NCBI GenBank assembly: GCA_028534125.1
Contig: CM052817.1
Span: 52,826,001 to 52,890,000 of the forward strand
Reading direction: 5' to 3'
From: Lama glama
Taxonomy: Eukaryota
Length of the DNA stretch: 64,000 bases
The translations under genes were made by a program, and so were the position numbers. Of the stretch, positions 12,975 through 26,183 are shown in pieces. Each line of letters begins with the position of its first letter. Position 1 is the stretch's first letter. A model generated the notes under the pieces. The model did no database searches. It was not told the origin of the DNA and was given only the letters and a program-made list of their open reading frames with translations.

Positions 12975-13245
12975 TTAGCTCAAAATATATACAAAAGCCC
13001 CTTATTTCTTTCTGTATTTCTATCACCCTAGTCCAAGTCAACATTATATCTTACCTTGACTACTACAAGCTTTTTAATAGCTCTCCCTGCTTCTGTACCT
13101 ACCATTCAAAATCATTTTTTCTTTACAAACAGAAACATCTTTTCAAATGTAAATTCAGTTATATCATATCTTTGATTAAAACTGTTCAGAGTGTTGCCAT
13201 ATCACTGAGAATAAAATCCAAATTCTTACTCCTGGCTTAAAGGAA
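12975..13245 (+). mobile_element. L2 LINE fragment
   Basis: CACCCTAGTCCAAGTCAACATTAT...CTCTCCCTGCTTC...AGAATAAAATCCAAATTCTTACTCCTGGC. Confidence 0.75.
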
Positions 13246-13378
13246 TACTCATTAAACCAGGACCCTTCTGACAAGGGTCTCTGGGAAATGAAGTTCCAAT
13301 ATCAGGCTTCCAGGATTCTAGGATTCCAGCCCTTATATTTTACGGCAAAACTTAAAAAAGAATGATGCAAATTAATTA

Positions 13379-13412
13379 CAACACACACACACACACACAC
13401 ACACACCACACA
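13379..13412. repeat. (CA)n microsatellite
   Basis: Directly visible. Confidence 0.95.
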
Positions 13413-13889
13413 GTAGATTATAATGTAATAAAAGCAAAATTATATGTCTTTTAATCCCACTAGGTTAAGGTAAAGTAAAAACACATATGTACAGACTCAC
13501 ATACACAAATGTCAAAAATTGAATAAAGGAAATGTTCTATTTTAGAGATCTATTAATGCAATTTAAAAAGACTACAGAAAAAAAGCATAGAGAATTATAT
13601 AAAATTAAGATGTTTTTCTTCTTCAGTCTTGTTTCAGTATGTTTAGTTGTATTATTAAATAACCTTATAAAATCTTACCAAATGTAGTTTTATTCTTTTT
13701 TAATGGAGAAAGATAAAGAGCTTGACAACTGCTGATCCAAATCTTAATGACTTCATTTAAAGAGAGAGAGAGGGAAAGACCAGCAGTATGACAAAATGAC
13801 TACTATGCCCTCACATGTCATAAAAGACCTTGAAATACATGAGGAACACAAAACTAGTCATTATCTTCTTTTTTGTTCTTTTGATTATG

Positions 13890-14560
13890 TGCCTCAGCTG
13901 CCTCTACAGTAGGTGGCTTTCAGCAGAATGTTAGGGGGTGTCTCCTTGACCTGTTCCTAGGCTGGGAAGTCTTCTGTATGCAGAGGAGACAGTGCAGAGT
14001 CGAGTTCGCTTATGGGATACTCTGCGATAGATAAGGCAGCAGCCTTAGTAAACAGCAGATGGCATGGGCAGGCATTGTGCCAGCTCCTAATTACAACCCG
14101 GTGGGCCTCGGGGAACCATACGATGCACCTTAGAGCTGGAACTAAATGGATTTGTGTTTTTCTACATTATCCTCTTCTTTCCCATTGGTGTGGCTGCTGA
14201 TATGGCCATTAGAGAACAACAAAGCCTTGCGTGTGTATGGGTGTATGTGTATACGGGTGTGTGTGTGTGTGTTTTAAGCCTTCAGTGGATTAAATAGCAA
14301 CCAGAGTAAAATAGAATTTGCCCATTTATAAGTAACAATGGATCATTTTGTGCTTATAGATTTTGAATTTGTGTGTTTTATCACATTCTTTCTTACTCTG
14401 ACACAGGCTACATTGACCACCAGCTATGTGGTTAACTTATGAAATAAAAAGCCATGATGTTCATCATTTTCATAACTTTTTCACACATGGCAGTTGATAA
14501 CAAGCAGCTGTAAGGAAGCACAGCTGGCCTGTGATAGGACTCTGTGTGAATGACTGAATC
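13890..14560. promoter_or_regulatory. Candidate enhancer (apparently non-repeat, CpG-retaining, motif-dense)
   Basis: CTCF-like ACAGTAGGTGGC at 13906-13917, GTAAACA at 14048, CAGATG at 14056, CATTGT at 14073, TAATTA at 14088, and four E-boxes in 14484-14526. Motif inference only. Confidence 0.35.
14229..14271. repeat. Imperfect (TG)n microsatellite
   Basis: Directly visible. Confidence 0.9.
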
Positions 14561-14872
14561 TCTATTCAGAGAGCAGGTCAGGTTGCTGCTGATAGACTGT
14601 AAATAGGTGTGAAGGTAATGGGAAAGACAACATCTACACTTACACTTGTACTGGATTCTACCCTTAGGACCATGTCATCCATGCATCCCACAGCGTAAAG
14701 GTGAGAAACAGCAGCTTCATGTGTTGTGAATTTAATGAGGTAACTTAGCTTTCCCTTAATTTTCTAAGCAACAGAGAGATATTTTTCAGAGTTTACAGGG
14801 AAGAATTGGTTACAAGATATTTGCTTCCCACCATTTACTTATTTGAATTCTATTTCTATATCTTAATATTAT

Positions 14873-15409
14873 TGTGGTAGATCACTATAGGATCGGTTCG
14901 AAATTATTTCATGCCTCCCTGCATCCATACTTCTATGTATCCTCTCCCACACTGAATCTGAGCCGGACCAATGGAAAGAGTATACATGATTCAAGTAGGG
15001 ACTTAAATAGCTTTTGCACACTGAGGCTTGTGATCTCCTGCTGCACTTGGGAACACTGTAAATATCATGACGTGAGGAAGCCTGGTCAGTATGCTGGTGC
15101 CTAGACGCTCTGTGGAGAAAGCCGTAGTCATTCTTGCCACATAAAAAGGCCATCACAAAGCAGCCAAGTCCAGTCAACCCGCAGTGACCGAGGCCAGGCT
15201 GGCCAGCCCAGCCCAGGTGACCTGCAGGTTCATGAGATAATAGTTATCAAATATATCATTATGAATTTTTGCTCTATAAATGATAAAATCTATACAAATA
15301 TACATTGGTTTACATAAATACATTCATCTATATAAACTTACAGATGATAAATGTTTTAAGTTATTGAATTTTGGAGTAGTTTGCTATGTAACATTAGAAA
15401 ACTGACATA
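14873..15409 (+). mobile_element. MLT1F/G/H-type MaLR LTR with an AT-rich internal insertion (~15240-15345)
   Basis: Starts TGTGGTAGA; contains CTCTCCCACACTGAATCTGAGC and CCAGCCCAGCCCAG...CATGAGATAATA; ends TTTTAAGTTATTGAATTTTGGAGTAGTTTGCTATGTAACATTAGAAAACTGACA. Confidence 0.8.
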
Positions 15410-15501
15410 TTTCCAAAAAAGAAATAAAGCTATATACCACATGTCTCCATCTGAGGATCACTTTGATCAAAGGTGAAAAATCTTGTAGAAATTCTGTAGC
15501 A

Positions 15502-15630
15502 CCAGGCGTCTCAAACTTTTTGAACATATGATTCACATTTAAAAGATTCTGAATCACTAAATATGAGGTGAGGCCTAAAATTACCCATTTCTAACACATT
15601 CCTAGATGCTGTCTATAACAAAACTCCATT
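15502..15630. mobile_element. MER5A hAT-Charlie fragment
   Basis: CAGGCGTCTCAAACTT...AGATTCTGAATCA...GGTGAGGCCTAAAATTACCCATTTCTAACACATTCCTAGATGCTG. Confidence 0.65.
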
Positions 15631-16149
15631 ATTTACTGTCCCATTTCAGCATTATGGAAATTGAGAGCCACGAGTTCTGCCAAGTCTTGACCAATAGTTT
15701 CCTGAATCCCTTAAAGTGTTTGTGGCTATATGTGTGTATATGTGTCTGTGTGTGTGGTGGTGGTGTTTTCATTTTACTATAAATAATAGTCAATTTCATA
15801 GAAAGAAATGATCTAAAAGTCAAGTCGGATTTAACATTTAACATGAATCTGATATTTAAATTGTTGAAATCTGCCAAAATAGAAAAACGTAATTGCCATT
15901 TATTTGAATAAAGCATTAAGATAAATGACCTATTTAAATGTGTTAGTCATTAAAATTATCAGAAGCAAATATTATTAATATCAAGTTATTAGCTTAGAAT
16001 TAAAGCTGCCAATGATTTATGAATCAATGTGTGCAAAATAAAATAAAGCATGAATATGTTAAATGATTTTCTCAAGTTTTAAATCCTTATTTTATTGCTC
16101 ACATGTGATTTATTATAAAGAAAGTTTTCACACATTTATATTACAAAAT

Positions 16150-16730
16150 AAAGCCTTGGAAAATGAAATCAAGTATAGTTATTAAAATAAAATATATACA
16201 ACAAAGTCTAATAATAGTCTGTGCAGAGCTGAGGCAATATATGTGAGATGGAAGGTCCAGTTAAAGAATTCTCAGAGAACATAGAATAAGCAAGGAGGTG
16301 GAAAGAAAGAAAGAAAATTTACATTGAATATGGATCCAGAATTTCCCAAATCCTTTCCAATTGGAGTATCAAGGAAAACATAGTAGGGGAAAAAGGGAAA
16401 AAAACAAAAAACACTTGAAAAAATAAAGGCTGAATATTTTCAACTGAGGAAATAGAGTTTCCTCAGTTAAAAAGAGAGAAGTGCAGAGCATGATTTTCAA
16501 AAAAAGTGGGGAGGGAGAATATAACAATAAAAGAAGTTTCACATCTGAATCTGTTAATGAACCTTCAGTTTGTCTTAGGACAGAAATGACTAAAGTGCAT
16601 CAGAATATAAGACAACCTACAAAGGAACAGTTAGATTGACATCCATCTACTACTCAATAATACTGTGTACAATACAGTGTTGTTGTTGTTGTTTTTTTAA
16701 TTTTCAAATTTATGATGGAAGATTACTACC
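16150..16730 (+). mobile_element. Old L1 ORF1/HAL1-like remnant
   Basis: A-rich sense strand with ...GGATCCAGAA...CCAATTGGAGT...GCTGAATATTTTC...ACAACCTACAAAGGAACAGTTAGATTGACATC. Confidence 0.5.
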
Positions 16731-19700
16731 CATGCCCTTCTAGTTTGACTTCATTACAGGCACCTGGATCTTATCAGGTAGCCATGTGACCACACCTCTT
16801 TTCTGGGTGCATTTCCTACAGCTGAAAGAAATTAATGGTAGTCACCCAATTCTTTCTTAAATCTTAAACTATTGATTTATCTTTGGCCTAAAGCTGGGTC
16901 TGATTGACTACATCTGTGGATCGTTGACAAAACATTTCATTTTCCAAGTCTACTTATCCTGGAATTTCTGGGTTATCTATATTTTTTCTTAATTTTCTTG
17001 CGATCTAACCAGTTCTTTTGTGTGCTCCTCTTTTTTTCTAGAAATAATAAATTTCATCAATTAACATTTGCTTTGAAATCATTTCACCCAAACTCACAAA
17101 TCATTTAAGCACATTTTTGGCTTCCTATATTACTGCAGAAGATAGTTGAGTTAATGTTTTCCCCCACTCCATATAGTGAGTCACCACTGTCTAGCTTCCA
17201 TACCAGTCTCTTCATCATCCACCACCCAGTCTCAAAATCAATGTTAAATATCTCAGTTAGCAGCCTTCCCATTTCAGTTTCCCTCATAAATCAGGTTTTT
17301 CATGACTATTCCTGGCTTTGGATGAACAGAAGTGAAAACAACTCTAAGTCTAAACCAAGTCAACATTCTTGGTCAGTCTTTACATTGTTTTATCCCTTTT
17401 TGTTCTGGCTCAGCTCAACAGCCAAATAAATTTGGAATAATATGGCTAAACAATGTAAAACAACTATAATAATCTACACCAGAGGGATATTGTAGAATAC
17501 TACAGTTGTTTTATATTATTTAGAGCCATTAAAATTCAAAAGCCTATTGTGGATTTGAAAACTCATTCCCTGTATCCCTCCTTCTTTCCCTGTTCTAGTC
17601 TCTCTCTCTCATCCTCTTACAGCATTTTTAGAGAGCAGTTCCACAAAACACATTTTTATAAGCACAGTCTTAAAGCAAAATAGAGGCATGATTCAACTAC
17701 TTAGAAATTGTTTTTCTATTCTACTTTTACCAAAACAGATATAATAGTGTTATTTATCAGATGTGGTTTGATGTCCTTTTTATCATTTTAATATTAATAA
17801 ATTATGTGAAAAGGTAATGAAATGCAAATACTTTATTTCTAGAAGAAATATGCTTCTTAACTGTAAAGCAGAAGAACAATTATAAAATAACAAAAACTGT
17901 AGTAAGTCCTGGTGTGATTTTTTAAATGTAGATATTTTTAAAGAAGAAATAATGTAGGTTGTAGGTGTTTAAATCAGGATTTAATAGTTACTTGGGAAAC
18001 TACAACAAAAATGTGTTTGTATTCTACTTCAAATACTCCAAGAAAATGTTAAATATTAATTATGATAGATATATTAAATATACAATATACTTCTAGATTA
18101 TTTAAAGTAGAATACACCTTTTTGCAGGAGTTACAGTAGCTGTATGTATATATAATATGTATATTATGCACATGCAATTTGTGATTATGGCTCACCCAAC
18201 AAAAATTAAATTCACATATTAAAAGACAATGGAGGAAACATATTTTCATAATTATTTGATTTGGACTAAAATCTTCAAATTGTTTAAGACTAGAGATATA
18301 AGGTTCTTAGTTAAATACACTGTATCTTTGAAGCATTGTTGAATCTCAACTATTCCTCCAAAAATAGGTGGCATCATACAACTTAGAGAATAATTTAGAA
18401 ACTGTATTGTAAATGATTGTGTGTTTATACACTGAGGTGTTGGATTAAAAATATAAAGGTATTTTCAAATTTACTTTCAGGGGTACTAAATGGAAAAGAA
18501 TCTGATAAAACCTAGTAAGTGGAAACCAAGGTTAGGCACATGACAGTTAATTCAAAAGGGAACAAAGTTACTATATAATGTTGCACTGACAGATAAGGAG
18601 AATATTGAATTCTTTGCTGTATAGGTGCTTAGACCCTAATGAGAACCAATAGAAAATGACCAGGTACTCTTCAGTAATTGAGCCATTGTCCCTTTATCAC
18701 TGAATTAAACAAGAAGTTCTTTTAAAGAAAGAGCTAATTTCAGGAAGGAAACACGAAGTAAAGTATATACTTTAATAAAATGATGTCATAATTTCATGTT
18801 TATTTTCTCTCTTAACGTGACATTCTTTAAGAATCAAATTGTATTTTTAAAAGTTGTTTCAATATTTTATGATCAAATTTAAGCAGATCAGAACCATGAA
18901 CAGACCACTGCATGTTTCACTTGAGTTCAAGAATATTCCAAATAATTTCTTCCATCTATATTTTCTTGATTCTTTAGTTCTTTCTGAGACAAAAGATAAA
19001 ATGAAAAATAATAAAGTTTTTTCACTGAATTAAAATATACTGAGGATACAATTTTTATTATTCCATTTCTCATTTTCTATCTCATATATTTTTGAATAAT
19101 TATAGTATCTTTTTTAGCCAAAATTCCCCAGCGCTTTGCATTCAAAAATATTGTTCATGAAATGTCAGTTTTACACAGGACTCTCAATATTGCCGCCTTT
19201 TCTGTCCAGAAGGTTTATTTGAGTATTGAAATTCTAAACATCTATTTGACATTTCTAAATATCCCTATGTTATAAAACTGAAACATACGGTTCTGTTTTA
19301 TAGTTGTAACTATATTTCTTAAGAGTGTTTTATTTTTCACATTTGTGTTAGAATAAAAAATCATGGAATAATATTATCAGTGGAAAAATAATGAAAACTG
19401 ACTGAATAAGAATAGAAATAGTTTCAGTAATAAAGAAGCCAAGTAATTAGCAGGAAAGTTTGATGAAGAAGCTATACCCTTCAAAACAGTTATTCAGAGA
19501 TATGATTCAAAGTTAAAATAAAATGCTAAATTTCACTAAATTACCAAATTGTAACAAGTTAAAATTTATATAAATGTTGATAAATAGGTTTTGAATTGAT
19601 CATTCATATGCTCATACTCTGCAGTAGATCAGGTCCTCTGAGTTCAGGTCATGATTTTAGAATTCAAGCTTTTAAAATAAATGTAAAAAAGTTCTTGTCC

Positions 19701-20250
19701 TGGCATTGCTCTTAAGGAAAAAAACATAAATGCAGAAATATGTAAAAACAGTAGTACACAAACTAAAAATAAAAAAAAATCTGAATAGTAAAACGTGTAC
19801 ACATACATGTAAATAAATCTATCACCTGTCTGTCAAGGGAATATTATGAAGTATTATGCCAAAATGTTACCAAGGGCATATCTATGGTTGATGCGGTTAT
19901 AGATTATTATTATTTTGCCATTATAAATATCTGTATTTCCTCATCTTCTAGATTACCAGTAACTATTACTTAAATATTACAATAGATTACAAATTAATTT
20001 ATATTTTATTATAAAGTATGAAAAAATTGAGGTTAAAATACCTCATTTATATTTAATCTAATTCCCTGAAGAGTTAGGTAAATAGTAGAAACTGCTGTCA
20101 GAGCAGTAGAGTCAAGAAGTAAACTGCAAATAATTGATCTAAAACTGGACTAAATGGCAATGTTTAAGCACAAGCACATAAATACAGGATGACTTTTATA
20201 ACAAATGGACAAACGGTTGACTTCAGAGCCCTTTTAAGGGAAAGTCATAG

Positions 20251-20265
20251 GTTGCCCTGGGCAAC
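20251..20265. promoter_or_regulatory. RFX X-box-like palindrome GTTGCCCTGGGCAAC
   Basis: Matches GTNRCC-N3-RGYAAC, with perfect 7-bp inverted arms, in apparently unique sequence. Confidence 0.4.
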
Positions 20266-20639
20266 TATCTACTATGAAGGTGTGATAGATGGAGTTGCTC
20301 AAACATCCCTAGAAAAATTAATTTTCCCTCATAGCACTAGAGTAATCTGAATTTTTATAGGTAACCTCAGATCATCCTAATGCATGAGAAAAACCTTTGC
20401 ATTATAACTAAGACATATCTTGGTTAAAGGGAAAAGTTTTTCCACAGTTAGCTCCTCTTCAGGATAGCTTAAAAAGAGCTGACCTGAAACATCTACTCTT
20501 ATTAATGAGTGTTCCTTGAGAAACATCCTCATGAACAACCTTTTGCCCCTTCAGATGGGTCTAATCACACATACAGGAAGCGCTGGAAGAACTCTAGTGA
20601 GTTTTAATTCTGTACCACACCAGACCTTAACTACCTCAA

Positions 20640-20845
20640 AGAAGGAGTAGAGTGTAGTGAAAGGAACAGCAAAAGAAGTGCAATGTTTTAAAGCCAAATA
20701 GTCTGGCTCTTTATTTTTTTCAGTTTTGGACATCACACAGGTTAGTTTTTTCTTTAAGGCCCAGTTTCTTCATCTTTAATATAGAAATAGCAACTACAAT
20801 TTCACAAGATTATTTTTGGAATTAAATAAGATGATAATTCAATAC
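20640..20845 (+). mobile_element. MIR SINE
   Basis: CCCAGTTTCTTCATCTTTAATATAGAAATAG...ACAAGATTATTTTTGGAATTAAATAAGATGAT. Confidence 0.65.
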
Positions 20846-21859
20846 AAATAGCTTCTGAGTATCAGGAACTATATTAGATAGTGAAGCTACACATAATATA
20901 ATCATCATAATAAAAGAATGCCCTGCCCCTGACTTTGAGGGACTCAGAATGTGCTAGCATATGGAACACACCAGCTTTATTAAGTCATCTTTACTCATCC
21001 TCAGTCATTGTGTCACAGGCTAAAAAAGGCTAGTAACTTTTCTTCCCCTTTTATGAACTTTTTTAGTTCAATAACAATTACTTCTCTCACCAATTTTAAG
21101 ATTTTTTTAATATCCCATTTAGTTTTTATTTTCTTTTCTTTTTCCCCAGCTTCCTCCCAATTCAGTGGGAAAATGTGAATGACTTTGAGTGTAACTAATA
21201 ATATTTTACATTAGGATGAGAAATAACCAAGAAGCAATACTAAATCTTACTAGATAATCAGAATATGCATTTTAAATAATTCATTTTGAACTCGATTAAC
21301 CGTAAACCATTTCTTTCATGTAATATATGAATTTGGGTGAATTACTTACTTTTATGAACCTGTTGATTATAAAATATGGTTCATTAGATTCTATGTATTT
21401 GGCTCAGTTATAAACCTATCAATTTTGCTTTAGCTCTGCAAGGATTAACAAGAATAAAAAATCTAACAGATGAAAGAGCTTAAATCTGTAACAGTCAACT
21501 TATAAATGTTAGATGTTACTTTGTAGCAGGTTTTAAAATATTCACACCACAAATAAAAACATGATATGCTAAAATATTTGTGTGTGATTGAATTTTAATA
21601 GATCCAAAATTAGACAGTTTTCCTTAAACACAAAATAGTGGGGTTCTTCATACAGATTGTTTTTGTTTTTTACAGAGAATGAAAAAATAAGCATTAAAAG
21701 TGTGAGAAACACCTGCAAATAAAGTAAACAAGGATACTAGAAAAATCCTAAATAATTAATTCACAAAGAACAAAGAGAATCTTTAAAGAAAAAAAAAGTT
21801 CATGTAGTTTATCTTGTCAAATACTTGTTTTTCTGTAAATACAGCTACTAGGATGATAG

Positions 21860-21990
21860 AAAACTTTAAATTCTTGATAAATAATGTATGTGCTTTTAAA
21901 TACCAGGGGATAGAAACATGAATAACACATGTTGCCTTAAATTCCAAAAGCTTATAATCAAGTTGGGGATACAAAAACATGCATAATACA
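21860..21990 (-). mobile_element. L2 3' end fragment
   Basis: GGGGATAGAAACATGAATAACACATG...AAGCTTATAATCAAGTTGGGGATACA. Confidence 0.55.
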
Positions 21991-22167
21991 CAGGCATATT
22001 ATCATACAGTTTTAAAGAATTGTCCAATGAAGCATATAATAATATTAATGATCATCTTTTAGATTTTGTTTGAACAATGTAATAAATAAGGCCAATAAGT
22101 AAGATACAGAGAAAGAATTGAAGAAACAGCTTATTAAATAATTAAAGAGAATGAACTGCACATACTG

Positions 22168-23065
22168 TAACTCCCTGTATACGTGTGTCTTTTTCTTATT
22201 AGAAGGTACTTAAAGTTACCTAGGAATCATGTAGTTCAAGAACTCATTTATAAATGAAGAAACATAAAATTAAAATGTTATATTGACTCTTTAATATCTG
22301 CATTGCAGTGGAATTTAGATTCTTCACTGAGACTGTTGACGGAATATTGGACTCACCATCATATATNNNNNNNNNNNNNNNNNNNNNNNNNNNNNNNNNN
22401 NNNNNNNNNNNNNNNNNNNNNNNNNNNNNNNNNNNNNNNNNNNNNNNNNNNNNNNNNNNNNNNNNNNNNNNNNNNNNNNNNNNNNNNNNNNNNNNNNNNN
22501 NNNNNNNNNNNNNNNNNNNNNNNNNNNNNNNNNNNNNNNNNNNNNNNNNNNNNNNNNNNNNNNNNNNNNNNNNNNNNNNNNNNNNNNNNNNNNNNNNNNN
22601 NNNNNNNNNNNNNNNNNNNNNNNNNNNNNNNNNNNNNNNNNNNNNNNNNNNNNNNNNNNNNNNNNNNNNNNNNNNNNNNNNNNNNNNNNNNNNNNNNNNN
22701 NNNNNNNNNNNNNNNNNNNNNNNNNNNNNNNNNNNNNNNNNNNNNNNNNNNNNNNNNNNNNNNNNNNNNNNNNNNNNNNNNNNNNNNNNNNNNNNNNNNN
22801 NNNNNNNNNNNNNNNNNNNNNNNNNNNNNNNNNNNNNNNNNNNNNNNNNNNNNNNNNNNNNNNNNNTAACTCCCTGTATACGTGTGTCTTTTTCTTATTA
22901 GAAGGTACTTAAAGTTACCTAGGAATCATGTAGTTCAAGAACTCATTTATAAATGAAGAAACATAAAATTAAAATGTTATATTGACTCTTTAATATCTGC
23001 ATTGCAGTGGAATTTAGATTCTTCACTGAGACTGTTGACGGAATATTGGACTCACCATCATATAT
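22168..23065. other. 500-N gap (22367-22866) flanked by an identical 199-bp sequence (22168-22366 = 22867-23065)
   Basis: Direct comparison: both copies run TAACTCCCTGTATACG...CACCATCATATAT. Confidence 0.95.
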
Positions 23066-23363
23066 CTTATTTTTTATCTAATTCAATCAATTCAATAATT
23101 TTAGCAAATTACTGTCTAGAATTACCCTGATTAGTCCACAATAATGAATATTTTCTCAATCTTTTAACTTACATCTCAGTGATGTAGTATGATTTGATTC
23201 AGTAATCATAGTAAAGCAGTTACTTTGTTTGCAGACTTATTCCATTTTAAATTAATTTCCTCATGTATACATTGTGTGTGTATATATGTGCATGTGTGTG
23301 TATGTATCTCTTTCTCTTAGAATTACACCATGTCAGGAAACATATTTGTGTTATATTCAAGAT

Positions 23364-23497
23364 AAGGTGACAATATATTTTATAAAGTTAAACTGAAACT
23401 GAAAGATTTGGAAATGAAAGTGGGGCAATACTAATTGCTAATCTTGCATGACAGGCATAAGCCTGGACTACCCTAGATAAACTGGCACATGGTGTCT
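23364..23497 (+). mobile_element. MER94-like hAT DNA transposon
   Basis: AAGGTGACAATATATTTTTAT...GAAAGTGGGGCAATACTAAT...ACAGGCATAAGCCTGGACT...AAACTGGCACATGGT follows the MER94 layout. Confidence 0.55.
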
Positions 23498-24225
23498 TCA
23501 GTTAAGATACCTGGGAAATTGAAACTTAACTGTCACTGTGAGTTTTACATAGACATGACCACAATATTTGATTCTGAAGAAAAACCGCCAATGAGAGCAA
23601 ATGAGAAAAATTTTATTGTCAAAGATACAATAAATTTTGATGATCATACCCATTCAGACAGCCAAATTGTATAAAAAACAGTCTGTATTAATCTTGGGAC
23701 TTTACTATCCTTAAATATAATTTCTATTACTATCCTATTATTAAATAGTCATATTTTAGGTATTTTTATAGAAAAAATTAAGCAAATAACATTTTGTATA
23801 CAGTAACATAATTCCTTCAGGGTCTGAAATAAAAGTTAAGGAACATAAATGTGACTCTCATTCTTGGTCAGAGCAAAATATTCAGTTCTCTCTAATCACT
23901 TAAAATTTCTACAAATGTACCTTTACTGAATCAGCAATAATAATTGATGAAAAAACAAATAAGAACTATCTTTTTGAAAACCCAATATAATGCTCATATT
24001 ATAGAAGGACTTAAAATGAAAATCTTGGATGTTACAGTAAGTAATATGCAAGTTTGTACATAACTTTTTCGTTAACTAATTCAAAATTTCACTGGGCACC
24101 TATGTGTCTCATGCTATGGATCCAGCTATTAGAGATCAGAAATGAAGAAAATAGTGTTAAAACATGAACTGTACATTAAAATTTTGAAAAAATTATTTGA
24201 GAGAACATCAACTTGAATCTGGCAG

Positions 24226-24526
24226 TGTTAAACCAAAATGACTTGGAGTACTCAACTGACAGGATCTTGGGGTAAGACTTACCGAGCAGACACAGAAGCA
24301 AAGCAAGGGACTCATTTGATTGGCCATAACTAAAGTAGTTGCCTAATTTGGGAAAGGCTAGTTGTCTGTTTGGAATTGGTTGGTCTTGGGTTTCAATTTC
24401 TTAATTTTGAGGCATTCATAGAAATTTTCCCTGGTTTGGTTTTTAGTTTGCTTAAAAAGGCTGCCAGGTTACCTGGAAGCATAAAGCACCTCAGTCTAAT
24501 GGCCTTCTTGTTTAATTATTTTAACA
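24226..24526 (-). mobile_element. Solo ERV1-class LTR (MER93/MER57-group-like), probably internally deleted
   Basis: Inverted termini TGTTAAA...TTTAACA. The minus strand starts TGTTAAAATAATTAAACAAGAAGGCCATTAGACTGAGGTG. Confidence 0.75.
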
Positions 24527-26183
24527 ATAGAAAATGAAATATCAGTATTCATGGTGCTTACATTGTATGTGACCAATCAAGTGGATTTTCTTTCCATGGT
24601 ACTATAGTTAAAAGTATTAAATCATGTTCCAATTACCAATTACTATTTATAGATCTGTATTTAACAATTCCTATATTTTCACTATTTTCATCAAACAAAC
24701 TCAAATATGTTCCCTTAAAATTTGAAGTAAGTTAGCACTTTGCACCAACGCTTAAATAATATTACCTGCCAATCATAATATTCTATGAATTGTCAATGCT
24801 GTCAGGGGAAAAAGAGCATAGTAGATCACATAATTTACAAGGACTCCCATAAATGCACCAGTTCTTGTTCCTCCTGCCTTATTACTTTTCCCCTTCACCA
24901 TCGCCATGTCACATTCTGTGCTCCGACCATATTGGGCACCTTTGACTTTCTTGCAGTTTAGATAGTAAAATTAATAAAATACCGACCATCAAATCCATTT
25001 GAGAGAGTCCATATAGTGTCCCATGAGTAAGAGTAATCTAAAAATTTGGATATTTTCCCCTTTTTCTCATCCTGGGAATAATAAGCCTTAAAGAAGCCTA
25101 TGGAAATTGTCATAGTGAAACAGGAGAATTTTTTCTTACACTCAGAAATCTTTAAAACATACTATGAGTACTTCAACAGAATTCACTAAATAATTACATA
25201 TTATCAACTTAAATCTAACTTTGAAGTAGATGACATTTAGATTGCAAATAAATTATTATGCTTCAGAGCTATTGAATGTAGCATGAATAGCTACATGGTA
25301 AGTATATATAATTTTATTTTGAGCAAAGCCTAAAACATATGAATATATACAGGAAATAATTTTGTCATAGTATTTGATTCTATACTATTGAGTAGGTCAT
25401 GGTCATTTCATTATGAGTATTACTTTGAACATATTAAATTGAAAACTTTTTTTTTCAAAAAATGAATTTCATCAAACTGTAAAAGTGAGAAATTTAACAA
25501 AATATTTATTGTATAACATAAATGTGAACCTTTTTTGAGTAATTATCTAATATAGGAAAAATATCAATGTTTCTGTTACTCTTATAAGAGATTAAAATGT
25601 ATAGATGATCAGAAATACGTGATGAAAAATTATGCATCTTTAATATATTATCACTATTATGACTAGGTTTAATATAAATTATAAATGTCACTGAAATTAT
25701 TTATAAGGATGATTATACTTTTACCACTTTATACACATATATTTGATCCCTTTCTTGATTATAATATGCCAATAAATTCAGTATATTGCAAGTGAATTTC
25801 AAGGCATATAATTTTGCTTTTTGCTACTGCTTTTTCTTGATGAAAATAAAGTAATGATAAAAGCTTTCTGATAATGCATTAAATATACACTTCACATTCT
25901 CAAAATTGTTTAGAAGAATGTAGAAACTGCTCCCATAGATAAATACAAAAAAGTTTATGTATGTCAAATATTCAAGTCGTCATCAAACTATTCATAGACT
26001 ATTCTCTCCTTTACTGCACGTATTTATGAGTAGGCCTTTTATTGCATCGCAGTGCAATAACAGTTGACATTTTGCAGGAAACTGACTCCATAAAAGTTGA
26101 CTTAATACCTCCCAGAAGTTAAATCTCATGAGTTGTAATTTCTTTTCATTTAAAAATACTTTATCACTGAACTGTTTGGGCTT

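Noticed and set aside
22303..22901. 188-197 aa ORFs
   Set aside because: Artefacts of translating through the N gap.
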